DNA of 60,352 nt, the filler included. It is 7 parts of 7 records of this genome, joined end to end, with 100 filler letters (N's around TTAATTAATTAA, not from the genome) between each part and the next. Parts side by side here need not be neighbours in the genome. Positions count along the whole stretch, not along the records: positions 7,121 to 17,051 come from SRR31156797_36218; positions 17,152 to 22,907 come from SRR31156797_36234; 5 more parts are not named here. One strand, 5' to 3'. Shown here piece by piece: positions 8,677-18,492 of the stretch (positions are counted from its first letter, which is position 1; each line of letters starts with the position of its first letter). Under the pieces are notes generated by a model. The model did not search any database and was not told the DNA's origin. It saw nothing but the letters and a program-made list of their open reading frames with translations. The translations under genes were made by a program, and so were the position numbers.

Positions 8677-11600
8677 ATGACGTCAGAACAACGGACTTCC
8701 CAAATTGCGATTGTAGACCAATCTATTACTCATTACCAAACATTAGTCAATGAAGCTGAAGCCAAAGGCTTAAAAGTGATCTTGCTCTCTGGCAGCGGTG
8801 ATGGTGTTGATGAACTGGCACAGGCACTGGGCAGCCAAACCGACATAGACGCCCTTCACATCTTTTCTCATGGGGCAGAAGGCCGGATTGTCTTAGGTGA
8901 TGATGTTTTAAGTTCCGATACCCTTGCCGAACATTCCAAAGCATTAGAAGTCATTAAAGGCAGCCTCTCTGAAGAAGGCGATATTTTGCTTTACGGCTGT
9001 AATGTTGCCAGCGGGGATACGGGCGATCAATTTATTGAAGACCTGGCCATTGTGACCCAATCCGATATTGCCGCTTCCGACGATTTAACGGGACATAGTG
9101 ATAAAGGTGGGGATTGGGAGCTTGAAAATAACTTTGGTTTAATCGGTTCTAAATCTTTAGGGTTCGCTTTTGATTTTTCAAAATTCAACAGCACTTTAGG
9201 TTCATTAACCTTCACTGGGTCTGATCAAACTTTTTCCAGTGGGGACTCTTATAGGGGGTATACCCTAACCATTGCAGCGGATGCCGAAGCTTATATTAAA
9301 GATAATGCCTTTGTAATTAAAAACAACAATACTGCTGATAATGGAAGAACGAGTGTTGTTTTTACAAGTTCATCCAATTTTACGTGGACAGGTTGGACGA
9401 TAAAAGTTGTTGATAATGGAGTGGCACAACCATTTTTTACGTGGGGCCCCCCCGGTATGGCATTTAGTTCCGATCCCACTGCTTTTACATATGTCAATCT
9501 TTATGATATGTATGCTGGTAATAGTTCCGATGTTGGACCGACATCGAGCTTAACCATTGATTTTGGTAATAATGTTGGTACTTCTGGTGTAAGTAGGTTG
9601 TATATACAATCAATTTCCTTGCCATCAGGAGTTGATCCTGAACCTCCACCTAGTTCAAACACAGCTCCTGTTTTTACTTCAAGTAACTCTTTTTCCGTCA
9701 ATGAAAACGCCACCAATGACAGTAGTGTTTTATTGGATGTTCAAGCGAATGACGGCGATGGCGGGGCAAGTGATGCCAATGTCACCTATGCCATTACGGG
9801 CGGAACCGGACAGAATCTCTTTTCCCTTGACAGTGATGATGGCGAAATCCGGCTCAATGCAACAGGCGCTTCTACCTTAGATCATGAAACCGCAGCCAGT
9901 TACACGTTAATTGTACAGGCAGATGACGGTGAAGCATCCAATAACACCACCACCCAAAATATTACCGTTAATATTAATGACATTAACGAATCCCCCACTA
10001 TTGACACCAATAACGGTTTAACCGTCAATGAAGGCGCTGCCGCCACCATTGCCAATACGCGGCTCAATGAAGGCGACCCGGACGATTCCGGCACAGGCCT
10101 TACCTACACCATTACCACAGGCACCTTGAACGGCTCAGTGTGGATCGATGCTGATGACAGCGGAACCATTAATAATGCCGAATCGGCTTTGGGTATTAAC
10201 GGCACCTTTACTCAAGACGATATTGATAATAACCGGGTCAAATATCTGCACAATGGCTCGGAAACCAACAGCGACAGCTTTGGATTCAGCCTGGCCGACG
10301 GTGGCGAAGATGGTGCATCTGCACTGACCAATCAAACGTTTAGTATTACCGTTACCCCCCAAAATGATGCGCCCGCCCTTGGCGGAACGCCGGCAGATGA
10401 TGCCGCACTTGAAGATGTGGCAACAGCAATTGATCTCTCTGCTTACCATGTCAGCGATGCCGAGGGTGACACCCTGACCCTGACCCTTGGGGTTGACCGG
10501 GGCACCATCGCCTCAACCGACGGTATCGGGACAACCTCGGGCGTAACCATTGCCAACTCAGGCACCGCTTCCATGACCCTGGAGGGAACTGCAGCCAACC
10601 TGAACACCTATCTGAATGACACCAGCAAGATCACCTATACAACTGCAGCCAACGACATGGCCAGCACCACCCTCACCGTGACACCCAATGACGGCACGGA
10701 AAACGGTATGGCAGATACTGTCACCATCAACATCACCCCGGCCAATGATTTGCCTGTTGCCGGATTTGATACGGCAATAGATTTTGACGGTACCAATGAT
10801 TATGTGGCTATGGCGGATAACGGCTACAGCATTACTACAAGCTTAACCATGGAGGCCTGGATTAATCCGGATAATGTGTCTGGTGTTCAGCACATCATGG
10901 GAAAATGGACCGCCATTGGAGATGTGGATACAAATAATAGTTCAGATAGTTACCTGGTTGGCATTAATAATGGAAAGGTCGGGGTCTGGCTGTCTGATGA
11001 TGGTTCAAATGAGGAAGCCTTTACAAGTAATTCATCTATTGCAAACAATACCTGGACCCATGTGGCTTTGGTTTTTAATTCCGGAACGGCTCAGATATAT
11101 ATAAACGGGGTCCTGGATAAAACATATGCAACCACCACACCAATCAATTCATTGAATCAGAGTGCCTTAGATTTGACTTTGGGCGCAACCCATTCCGGTA
11201 ATATCTCTTACTATTTTTCCGGAAACATGGACGAGGTCCGTGTTTGGGATACTGCTTTAAGTCAAAATCAAATTCAAACGAATCTTTACCACACCCTTGG
11301 TGGAGATGAGTCTAATCTGGTTGGCTATTGGAACATGGATGAGGGAAGTGGAACCTCGATTTCTGATCGTTCCGAGAACAGCCATACCGGCACCCTATAC
11401 GATGGTGTCAATTTTGCTGCCAGCGACCTGACCTTAGCGGTTTCCATAGAAGAAGACAATACCGCAGGTGTTGCAGTGCAGACCTTTGGTGGTTCTGATG
11501 TTGATAATGATGGCAATACACAGACAGATACGCTTCAGACCATTATTACGGCACTGCCGGTTCATGGCCGTTTATTTCAAACCACGGATGGTTCAACCTC

Positions 11601-14600
11601 TAACGGAACTGAAATTACAGCCATTGGGACAGCTGTTACACATACCGCCAGCAAAGTGATTTATGTACCTGATGCTGATTTTAATGGCAACGATTCAATA
11701 GCTTATGGGGTAAATGACGGCATTGCTGACTCGGCAAATACTGTCACACAATCAATCACGGTTACGGCGGTTAATGATGCACCGGTTTTAGATAATGCGC
11801 AATCTCCTGCACTTGTTGCAATAGTCGAAGACCTGGATGCACCATCAGGCAGCTCAACTGTAAACGCCACTTTGGTCTCTGATTTGATTGATAATGGGGC
11901 GAGTCTAAGCAATTACACAGATGTTGAAAATAATCCTGTGGGTATCGCTGTTGCAGCAGTGAATAGCGGGACACTTCATTATACAATTAATGGGGGAAAT
12001 ACCTGGGCTGTGCTAGGCGCCGTAACAGCAAATTCAGCAAGGGTGCTGTTTGCTGATGCAAATACCTGGGTCTACTTTGAACCCGATGATAATGTTGACG
12101 GGACTGTTTCTGATGCCCTGACGTTTAAAGCCTGGGATAGAACCGGTGGCTACACCAATGGTCAGGCAGGGGTCAATACGACCTCGGGGACCGCTTTTTC
12201 AAGTGCCACGGATACGGTGTCGGTTTCCATCACCCCCGTCAATGATACCCCAACCCTAAATTTGGATGCCGATGATTCTTCCGGGGCAGGCGGCAGTGAC
12301 TTTACCACCACCTTTTCTGCCGAAGGGGGTGCTGTTGTTGTGGCTGATTCCGATGCAGCGCTGGCAGATGTGGATTCTGGTGATCAAATCGAATCCTTAA
12401 CCGTTACCCTCACCAACCGCCCGGATGGTGACGGCGTTGAAAGCGTCAGCTTAAATGCCACAGCAACCACTGCAGCCTCAAATGCGGGCCTGGCAGTGGG
12501 GTATACGGCGGCAACGGGCGTTCTTCTTATCTCAGGCGCTGCAAGTCCAACGGTTTATCAGACCATTGCCCGGGGTGTGCAATATAACAATACAGATGCA
12601 GCCACTGATATTGACACCACCGACCGCAGCATCACCTTTGTGGCCAACGACGGAGAAGCAGACTCTGCTACGGCCACCGCCACCCTGTCCATTGTCACGG
12701 CACCTGTGATTGATCTTGGCGGCGATGGGGGAAGCGGAGACCTGAATGCCGGTTACACCGAAGGTGACGGGGCAGAACACCTTGCCGCCGGGGCCACCAT
12801 CACTGAACCTGATGGTGACAATTTAAATCAAATTGTCATCCAGCTCACCAATGCACAAGATGGTGCAAGTGAAAGCATTCGTTTAGCCGGCCGCTCTGAT
12901 AATGAGTCGGTGGGTGGCATTCTCATTACCTATAATACTGCTACGCACATCACCTTGTCAGGCGATGAAAGCGCCACCAATTATCAAAACCTGTTGCAGG
13001 AACTGCAATATACCAATACCTCTGAAGAGCCCGACGCCACCGATCGTACCATCACGGTGCAGGGGCGGGATGTGAACGGAAACACAGGGGGAATGGTCAC
13101 TTTGACCCTTGGCATGACGGCTGTCAATGATGCGCCCACATTAACAGCCACAGGCGGCAACCCGACATATGTTGAAGGTGCAGTTGCTTCAGACCTTTTT
13201 AATACGGTTTCTGCTTCCACAGTTGAAACAGCTGATCGTTTTTCTGACATGACCTTAACGGTCACCAATGTTGCAGATGGGGCTTTTGAAGTTCTCAGCT
13301 TTGATGGTTCGGATCTTGGGTTGACCGATGGGAATAGTGTGACAACAGCAACCAATGGACTTGATGTCTCTGTTTCAGTTACAGGTTCAACCGCAACTGT
13401 GACCTTTACAGGAGAAAGCGTAACCAGTGCTCAGATGCAGACACTGGTGGATGGGCTGACCTATCGACATACCAGTGATGATCCGACAACAGCAGGCAAT
13501 AGAGTCATTACCATCACAGAGCTACAGGATAATGGGGGTACTGCCAACAGCGGACTGGATACAATAACCCCGAATATCACGTCCACGGTAACGATTACAC
13601 CGGTTAATGATGCGCCGGTTATCTCCAATGTGTTTGGTGACAACAGCTCCCAAATCATTGCAGGAACCGGAGCCTCTGATGTGACGGATCTGAATGATGC
13701 AATTGTGAGCAACCCTGATTCCCCTGAATACAACGGCGGATCACTTGTCATCTCTCAGACCTCAGGTTCAACCAACGGCAACTGGGGAGTGGATGGCACC
13801 ACAGTGACTTGTGAGGGGGACGGCAATATTGCTGCTGGAGAGGCCGTGGCTGTCGGCGGCGTTAATATCGGTACAGTTCATGTGACTGACGACGGACAGG
13901 GGGGCAATGATCTAAGAATTGATCTTGGAGCGACTGCTACCTCTGCCAGACTTCAAACTTTGCTGCAGGCACTGACTTATTCTGCTCCCAATGGATTGGA
14001 TGCACGCAATTTTACTTTAACCCTTAATGATAATGATGGGACAGGTAATGGCGGGGATGAAGATGCGACAGGTTCCTTCACATTAAATGTCACCCCGAAT
14101 CCGCCTGTGATAACGAATCTTGATGGAGACAGCCTGGATTATAAAATGGGTGATGGGGCTGTGGTTATTGATCAGGGAACCTTGTCCAGTGTTACGGATG
14201 CGGATTCAGCAGATTTTAACAGCGGCACTTTAACAGTGAGCGTCTCCAGCAATCAGGATGCTGCTGAAGACCAACTCTCCGCTGATACCAGCGATGGGGT
14301 CTCGTTGGACGGCACCACCGCCGGCAGTAATATCAGAGTGAGCGGTATCATTATCGGAACTCTGGGTAATAATATCGACGTTGGAAATGACTTTGTGGTA
14401 AATCTGAATGCAAATGCCACATCTGCCAGAGTCGAAGAATTGATCAGGAACATTACATATCAAAATACCGACACCGTCAATGCAACTGAAAATACGCGAA
14501 CCGTAAGATTTGTAATGACAGATGGAGATGGCGGCACTTCGGCAGATAATGAGGTCACCATCACCGTATCACAAAATACAGACCCGGAAATTACAAGTGG

Positions 14601-16920
14601 AACAGATGCCACAGCAGCATATGGTGTCACAGAAAACACTACCAGCGTAACCACAGTGACGGCCACAGACCCAGACAATGATACGGTGACATTTTCCATT
14701 ACAGGTGGTGCCGATCAGTCAGAATTTTCCATAACAAATGATGGCATATTGAGCTTTCAGAGTTCACCGGATTTTGAAAACCCGACGGATAGTGATACGA
14801 ACAATACCTACATTGTGGATGTGACAGCAGATGACAGCAACAGCGGCAGGGATGTACAGACCATTACCGTGACTGTCAGTGATATTAACGAGGCGCCTGA
14901 GATCACTTCCAGCAAGACCATTACAGCACGTGAAGGAACCAGAGAAATTGGAACATTACTGGCAAATGATGATGACAATGATCCTTTGACTTGGCGTATT
15001 AACGGAGGAACCGATGCAGGACGGTTTACCATCAGCCCTTCTTCCGGTGGCCTCAGTTTTGTTTCCACTCCTGATTTTGAAAGACCTGGAGATGGTGACG
15101 GCAACAATCAGTATCAGGTGAACGTTCAGGTTGAAGACAATACCGGCTTGACAGATACAGCGGATTTAACTGTCACAGTAACCAATATCAATGAGGCCCC
15201 TGTGATCACCAGTCCGGGCACTCTGAGTGTTTCAGAGAGCATTGCTTCTGGAACCCGTATCCTGACATTGACAGCAGCAGATGATGATGATGAACTCCTT
15301 ACATTATCCATGGGGGGGACTGATGCAGACAGTTTTACCTTTGATGCCGCAACAGGCAATGTCTCCATCAACAGATCCCCAGACCATGATACACAGGACA
15401 GATATGAGCTGATGTTTACTGCCAGTGACGGCAGTTTAACTGATACCCAGGCATTTGTCTTACAGGTTCTTGACGGAGAGGATGACAGTGATGGGGACGG
15501 CACACCCGATGGCCTTGAAGGGTCAGGCGATTCAGATAATGACGGTATCCCCGATTATCAGGATCCGGATGATGATAATGACGGTATTCTTTCTGAAGAT
15601 GAAAACCGTGTTCCGTCATTGGGGGGAGAAGATGGGGCTGTTGGTGATGGTAATGGGGATGGTGTCCTTGATACTGAACAGGGGAGCGTTTCTTCAACAC
15701 CGTTCAGACAAACGGACCGTATCAGTGAAGAACCTGATGCGCCGGAAACCTTTGTGTCCTTAATAGCAGATTCAGATGAAGGCAAAGAAGACGCAGATGA
15801 TGCCAATCAGGCTGTTATCCGTGAATTGCAGCAGATGGATCTTCCTGAAGATGTTCCTGATGGAATGGATATGCCCTTGGGAATGATCAGTTTTAGTGCT
15901 GATATTCAAAATGTTGGAGAGACAGAAACATTCAGTCTTTATGTGGATGGTGATCTCAATATCAATGGCTACTGGAAACAGGATGCAGCTGGAGAATGGG
16001 TGAACCTTGCCAGTGATGCATATGGCGGTGCAATCGTTGAGGAAGGAAACAAACTTCGTCTGGATTTTCAAATAACCGATGGTGGTGAGTTTGATGAAGA
16101 TGGTAGGGAGGACGGCATCATTACAGATCCTGGTGCAATCGCTTACCTTGAAACCGATGACACCTGCCTGATCTTATTTCAACCGGATACAGATCAAGAT
16201 GGCATCCCTGATACCATTGAAACAGATATGGGAACACTTTTTGATGTAAAAGACAATGATGTTTTTAACAACCATACCCTCTTTGTCCATCAGCTTTATC
16301 GTGATTATTTAGGACGGGAAGGTGATGAGGATGGCGTGTCATACTGGTTGAATCACTTAAGTTCTAAAGCGATTTCTCAGCAAGGTGTTACCCAGAGCTT
16401 TTTTGAGTCAGCAGAATTTCAATATGGTACGGCAGGCATTATACGCTTTTATAATGGATTATTTGATCGATCCCCTAGTTTCTGTGAATATAATCGTCAG
16501 CAGTCAGAATTGACTCAAGATGGCGGAGTCGAGACTGTTCTGGGCAATCTGATGTCCTCCAATGAATACAACCAGATGTTTGGAGAAATGAGTGATGCGG
16601 ATGTTGTTGAAAGTGTTTATGGCAATGTCTTTAATGAAGAATCTACGCAATTGGATTTGAATACACTGTTAAACGACCTCTCCTCCGGAGATACTTTACC
16701 TTCTGTTCTTTTAGAAATGGTTCAATCAGAAGCGGCTGGTGCAGCAATGGATAAAACGGTTGCCATTGACCTTGTATATTTGGGATATCTGAATCGCAGT
16801 GCAGATGCACAAGGCCATGAGTATTGGACAGAACACTATGATGTATATCATTCAGAATCAGAATTTATGATTCAGGCGCTTGGATCTTCAACGGAATATA
16901 GTGATTTGGTTATAGGATAA
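8677..16920 (+). CDS. Giant surface adhesin: DUF4347, cadherin and cadherin-like repeats, LamG, Ig-like repeats, acidic Ca-binding repeats, choice-of-anchor U, C-terminal DUF4214
   Basis: HIFSHG/LYGCNVA/GGDWELE (DUF4347); DFDGTNDY..MDEVRVW..GYWNMDEG (LamG); NEAP/PDFE cadherins; DSDGDGTPD; ITDGGEFDEDG..ITDPG; LYRDYLGREGDEDGVSYW. AGGAGGT at 8666-8672 favours ATG 8677 over GTG 8671. Confidence 0.9.
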   Translation: MTSEQRTSQIAIVDQSITHYQTLVNEAEAKGLKVILLSGSGDGVDELAQALGSQTDIDALHIFSHGAEGRIVLGDDVLSSDTLAEHSKALEVIKGSLSEEGDILLYGCNVASGDTGDQFIEDLAIVTQSDIAASDDLTGHSDKGGDWELENNFGLIGSKSLGFAFDFSKFNSTLGSLTFTGSDQTFSSGDSYRGYTLTIAADAEAYIKDNAFVIKNNNTADNGRTSVVFTSSSNFTWTGWTIKVVDNGVAQPFFTWGPPGMAFSSDPTAFTYVNLYDMYAGNSSDVGPTSSLTIDFGNNVGTSGVSRLYIQSISLPSGVDPEPPPSSNTAPVFTSSNSFSVNENATNDSSVLLDVQANDGDGGASDANVTYAITGGTGQNLFSLDSDDGEIRLNATGASTLDHETAASYTLIVQADDGEASNNTTTQNITVNINDINESPTIDTNNGLTVNEGAAATIANTRLNEGDPDDSGTGLTYTITTGTLNGSVWIDADDSGTINNAESALGINGTFTQDDIDNNRVKYLHNGSETNSDSFGFSLADGGEDGASALTNQTFSITVTPQNDAPALGGTPADDAALEDVATAIDLSAYHVSDAEGDTLTLTLGVDRGTIASTDGIGTTSGVTIANSGTASMTLEGTAANLNTYLNDTSKITYTTAANDMASTTLTVTPNDGTENGMADTVTINITPANDLPVAGFDTAIDFDGTNDYVAMADNGYSITTSLTMEAWINPDNVSGVQHIMGKWTAIGDVDTNNSSDSYLVGINNGKVGVWLSDDGSNEEAFTSNSSIANNTWTHVALVFNSGTAQIYINGVLDKTYATTTPINSLNQSALDLTLGATHSGNISYYFSGNMDEVRVWDTALSQNQIQTNLYHTLGGDESNLVGYWNMDEGSGTSISDRSENSHTGTLYDGVNFAASDLTLAVSIEEDNTAGVAVQTFGGSDVDNDGNTQTDTLQTIITALPVHGRLFQTTDGSTSNGTEITAIGTAVTHTASKVIYVPDADFNGNDSIAYGVNDGIADSANTVTQSITVTAVNDAPVLDNAQSPALVAIVEDLDAPSGSSTVNATLVSDLIDNGASLSNYTDVENNPVGIAVAAVNSGTLHYTINGGNTWAVLGAVTANSARVLFADANTWVYFEPDDNVDGTVSDALTFKAWDRTGGYTNGQAGVNTTSGTAFSSATDTVSVSITPVNDTPTLNLDADDSSGAGGSDFTTTFSAEGGAVVVADSDAALADVDSGDQIESLTVTLTNRPDGDGVESVSLNATATTAASNAGLAVGYTAATGVLLISGAASPTVYQTIARGVQYNNTDAATDIDTTDRSITFVANDGEADSATATATLSIVTAPVIDLGGDGGSGDLNAGYTEGDGAEHLAAGATITEPDGDNLNQIVIQLTNAQDGASESIRLAGRSDNESVGGILITYNTATHITLSGDESATNYQNLLQELQYTNTSEEPDATDRTITVQGRDVNGNTGGMVTLTLGMTAVNDAPTLTATGGNPTYVEGAVASDLFNTVSASTVETADRFSDMTLTVTNVADGAFEVLSFDGSDLGLTDGNSVTTATNGLDVSVSVTGSTATVTFTGESVTSAQMQTLVDGLTYRHTSDDPTTAGNRVITITELQDNGGTANSGLDTITPNITSTVTITPVNDAPVISNVFGDNSSQIIAGTGASDVTDLNDAIVSNPDSPEYNGGSLVISQTSGSTNGNWGVDGTTVTCEGDGNIAAGEAVAVGGVNIGTVHVTDDGQGGNDLRIDLGATATSARLQTLLQALTYSAPNGLDARNFTLTLNDNDGTGNGGDEDATGSFTLNVTPNPPVITNLDGDSLDYKMGDGAVVIDQGTLSSVTDADSADFNSGTLTVSVSSNQDAAEDQLSADTSDGVSLDGTTAGSNIRVSGIIIGTLGNNIDVGNDFVVNLNANATSARVEELIRNITYQNTDTVNATENTRTVRFVMTDGDGGTSADNEVTITVSQNTDPEITSGTDATAAYGVTENTTSVTTVTATDPDNDTVTFSITGGADQSEFSITNDGILSFQSSPDFENPTDSDTNNTYIVDVTADDSNSGRDVQTITVTVSDINEAPEITSSKTITAREGTREIGTLLANDDDNDPLTWRINGGTDAGRFTISPSSGGLSFVSTPDFERPGDGDGNNQYQVNVQVEDNTGLTDTADLTVTVTNINEAPVITSPGTLSVSESIASGTRILTLTAADDDDELLTLSMGGTDADSFTFDAATGNVSINRSPDHDTQDRYELMFTASDGSLTDTQAFVLQVLDGEDDSDGDGTPDGLEGSGDSDNDGIPDYQDPDDDNDGILSEDENRVPSLGGEDGAVGDGNGDGVLDTEQGSVSSTPFRQTDRISEEPDAPETFVSLIADSDEGKEDADDANQAVIRELQQMDLPEDVPDGMDMPLGMISFSADIQNVGETETFSLYVDGDLNINGYWKQDAAGEWVNLASDAYGGAIVEEGNKLRLDFQITDGGEFDEDGREDGIITDPGAIAYLETDDTCLILFQPDTDQDGIPDTIETDMGTLFDVKDNDVFNNHTLFVHQLYRDYLGREGDEDGVSYWLNHLSSKAISQQGVTQSFFESAEFQYGTAGIIRFYNGLFDRSPSFCEYNRQQSELTQDGGVETVLGNLMSSNEYNQMFGEMSDADVVESVYGNVFNEESTQLDLNTLLNDLSSGDTLPSVLLEMVQSEAAGAAMDKTVAIDLVYLGYLNRSADAQGHEYWTEHYDVYHSESEFMIQALGSSTEYSDLVIG

Positions 16921-17051
16921 GATTTCATCCATATTCCTCTTTTGTTGAACCTTTTATCGGAAGGGGATTTCCGGGTCGGGTACAGGGGAAGTCCCATTTT
17001 GAATCAACGGTTACCATTGACGATATATCTTATCGGGCCATTGTAGTTCAT

Positions 17052-17151
17052 NNNNNNNNNNNNNNNNNNNNNNNNNNNNNNNNNNNNNNNNNNNNTTAAT
17101 TAATTAANNNNNNNNNNNNNNNNNNNNNNNNNNNNNNNNNNNNNNNNNNNN
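17052..17151. other. Artificial contig linker
   Basis: N-run + TTAATTAATTAA + N-run. Confidence 0.99.
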
Positions 17152-17152
17152 C

Positions 17153-17335
17153 TTCCGGATAACATTACAAACTGCGGAATATACTGATAGAAGTTTATTA
17201 CAGAGAGACAGAAAACAGCTCAACATCTTGTTAACTTCTGATAATGAAATATTTAGAAATCTTATTGAATTGTCATTTGCGTCCGAACATGGGGATAATG
17301 GGATAAACGAAGAATTGGCCTCTTACATTCTATGA
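17153..17335 (+). CDS. 3' end of a hypothetical protein (truncated by contig edge)
   Basis: Frame open from the contig edge (FRITLQTAEY...ELASYIL*); its TGA overlaps ATG 17332 (ATGA). Confidence 0.45.
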   Translation, partial: FRITLQTAEYTDRSLLQRDRKQLNILLTSDNEIFRNLIELSFASEHGDNGINEELASYIL

Positions 17336-17730
17336 ACGATATGATAACTAATATGCGACGAATACTGGTTCTTATTTTTATTACATTCGTAATAACTGGC
17401 TGCCAGAGTTTACAGCCTAAGAACGAAAATATTGTAGTTTCGTATCTTGACGGCGCTGAACTTCAGATTGAAACCAGGCATCAAGTACAGGAGCTTGAGA
17501 AGGCTCTCCAAGACATGCTAATACTTCCTCCAAAACAGTTACGACAGAAACGTTACTCGGACTATCAAAAGAATAAAGGAACATGGACTCTTCCCCAGAT
17601 CTTATCTGCTTACTTCGTGCCTCAAAGACCTATGTCCGTTGACTACGATTACTTCTATTTTGATGTTGCAACTGATGCCGCAAGATCAATAGTAAAAAAA
17701 ACACTTACAAATTTGCAATCTTTGGACTAA
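17332..17730 (+). CDS. Hypothetical lipoprotein
   Basis: MRRILVLIFITFVITGC: basic N-terminus, hydrophobic core, lipobox-like ITGC. Confidence 0.75.
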   Translation: MNDMITNMRRILVLIFITFVITGCQSLQPKNENIVVSYLDGAELQIETRHQVQELEKALQDMLILPPKQLRQKRYSDYQKNKGTWTLPQILSAYFVPQRPMSVDYDYFYFDVATDAARSIVKKTLTNLQSLD

Positions 17731-17750
17731 TTGTTTTGGGAAAATCTATC

Positions 17751-18259
17751 ATGGATGGAAAATGTGTACATCATCCAGGTCGAGAGGCAACTGCAGATTT
17801 TGATAACAAAAAATATTGCGGCCAGTGTGAACAGGCTCAAGTCAATGCCAGCAAGGCCGTTGATTGACATGTCGAGCCAAAAAAGTGTTTCGTTTGGTAT
17901 CTTGGAGGAGACACCTGGTCCGCTATCAGGGGAACTGGATGTGCTCATTGGGTGGCACATCAAAAAGGGATTAAACACGGATTACCGATTCATCGATGCT
18001 TAAAAGGGTACACAATTAAAGTGGCTGATAAAAATGGGGGGGGCGAAATGAGATCAAATCATTAGAACAGGTTAAAGTCGGGGATATTTTTATTAATCCC
18101 CCAAAAACACACTGTGGGATAGTATCAAAAGTACAAACGATCCAGGGAAAGCCACTAAAACTCAAAATAGAAATCCAACACGATTCTAGTCGGCAAGGGC
18201 GTGTTGCCAAAAATGATTTTAGTACGTACTTTGGTGGAAAAGGGACATTCTTTCCATGA
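17751..18259 (+). pseudogene. Disrupted gene: Cys/His zinc-finger-like N-terminus + NlpC/P60/CHAP-like amidase domain
   Basis: Reconstructed MDGKCVHHPGREA..YCGQC..VD*HVEPK..GTGCAHWVAHQ..[frameshift at A5/G8, 18030-18043]..KVGDIFI..THCGIV..IEIQHDS..GTFFP*; in-frame TGA at 17865-17867. Confidence 0.65.
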
Positions 18260-18264
18260 TCATG

Positions 18265-18384
18265 AGCTAACGAGGCCTATTAATACGGACAGTTCTCCGC
18301 ACCGTTTGACCTGTGCATATCGCTTCGCTCATTATTCACATTTCAATCGTCACTCAGGCCTACCGGTTATTGGCGACGTTACCC
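18265..18384 (+). mobile_element. attC-like integron cassette recombination site (degenerate)
   Basis: Begins agcTAAC 6 nt after the stop codon and ends GTTaccc; inner arms gcctattaatacgg / ccggttattggc are imperfectly complementary; 120 bp. Confidence 0.55.
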
Positions 18385-18492
18385 ATCCCTCTTGATCATC
18401 TCCACGGCTGCGGCGGGGGGTAGGCCGGATATTTCATGAATTCGTCGGAGTCAGAAGTGTTTTTAGATAATCCGCTGTGTTTGCGTCTCACA

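Noticed and set aside
17865-17867. In-frame TGA as selenocysteine
   Set aside because: Context (VD*HVEP) is not at a Cys motif, no clear SECIS hairpin, and a second lesion points to pseudogenisation
17731-18003. 90-aa + strand ORF and the overlapping 83-aa - strand ORF
   Set aside because: Shadow frames of the disrupted amidase-like gene at 17751-18259
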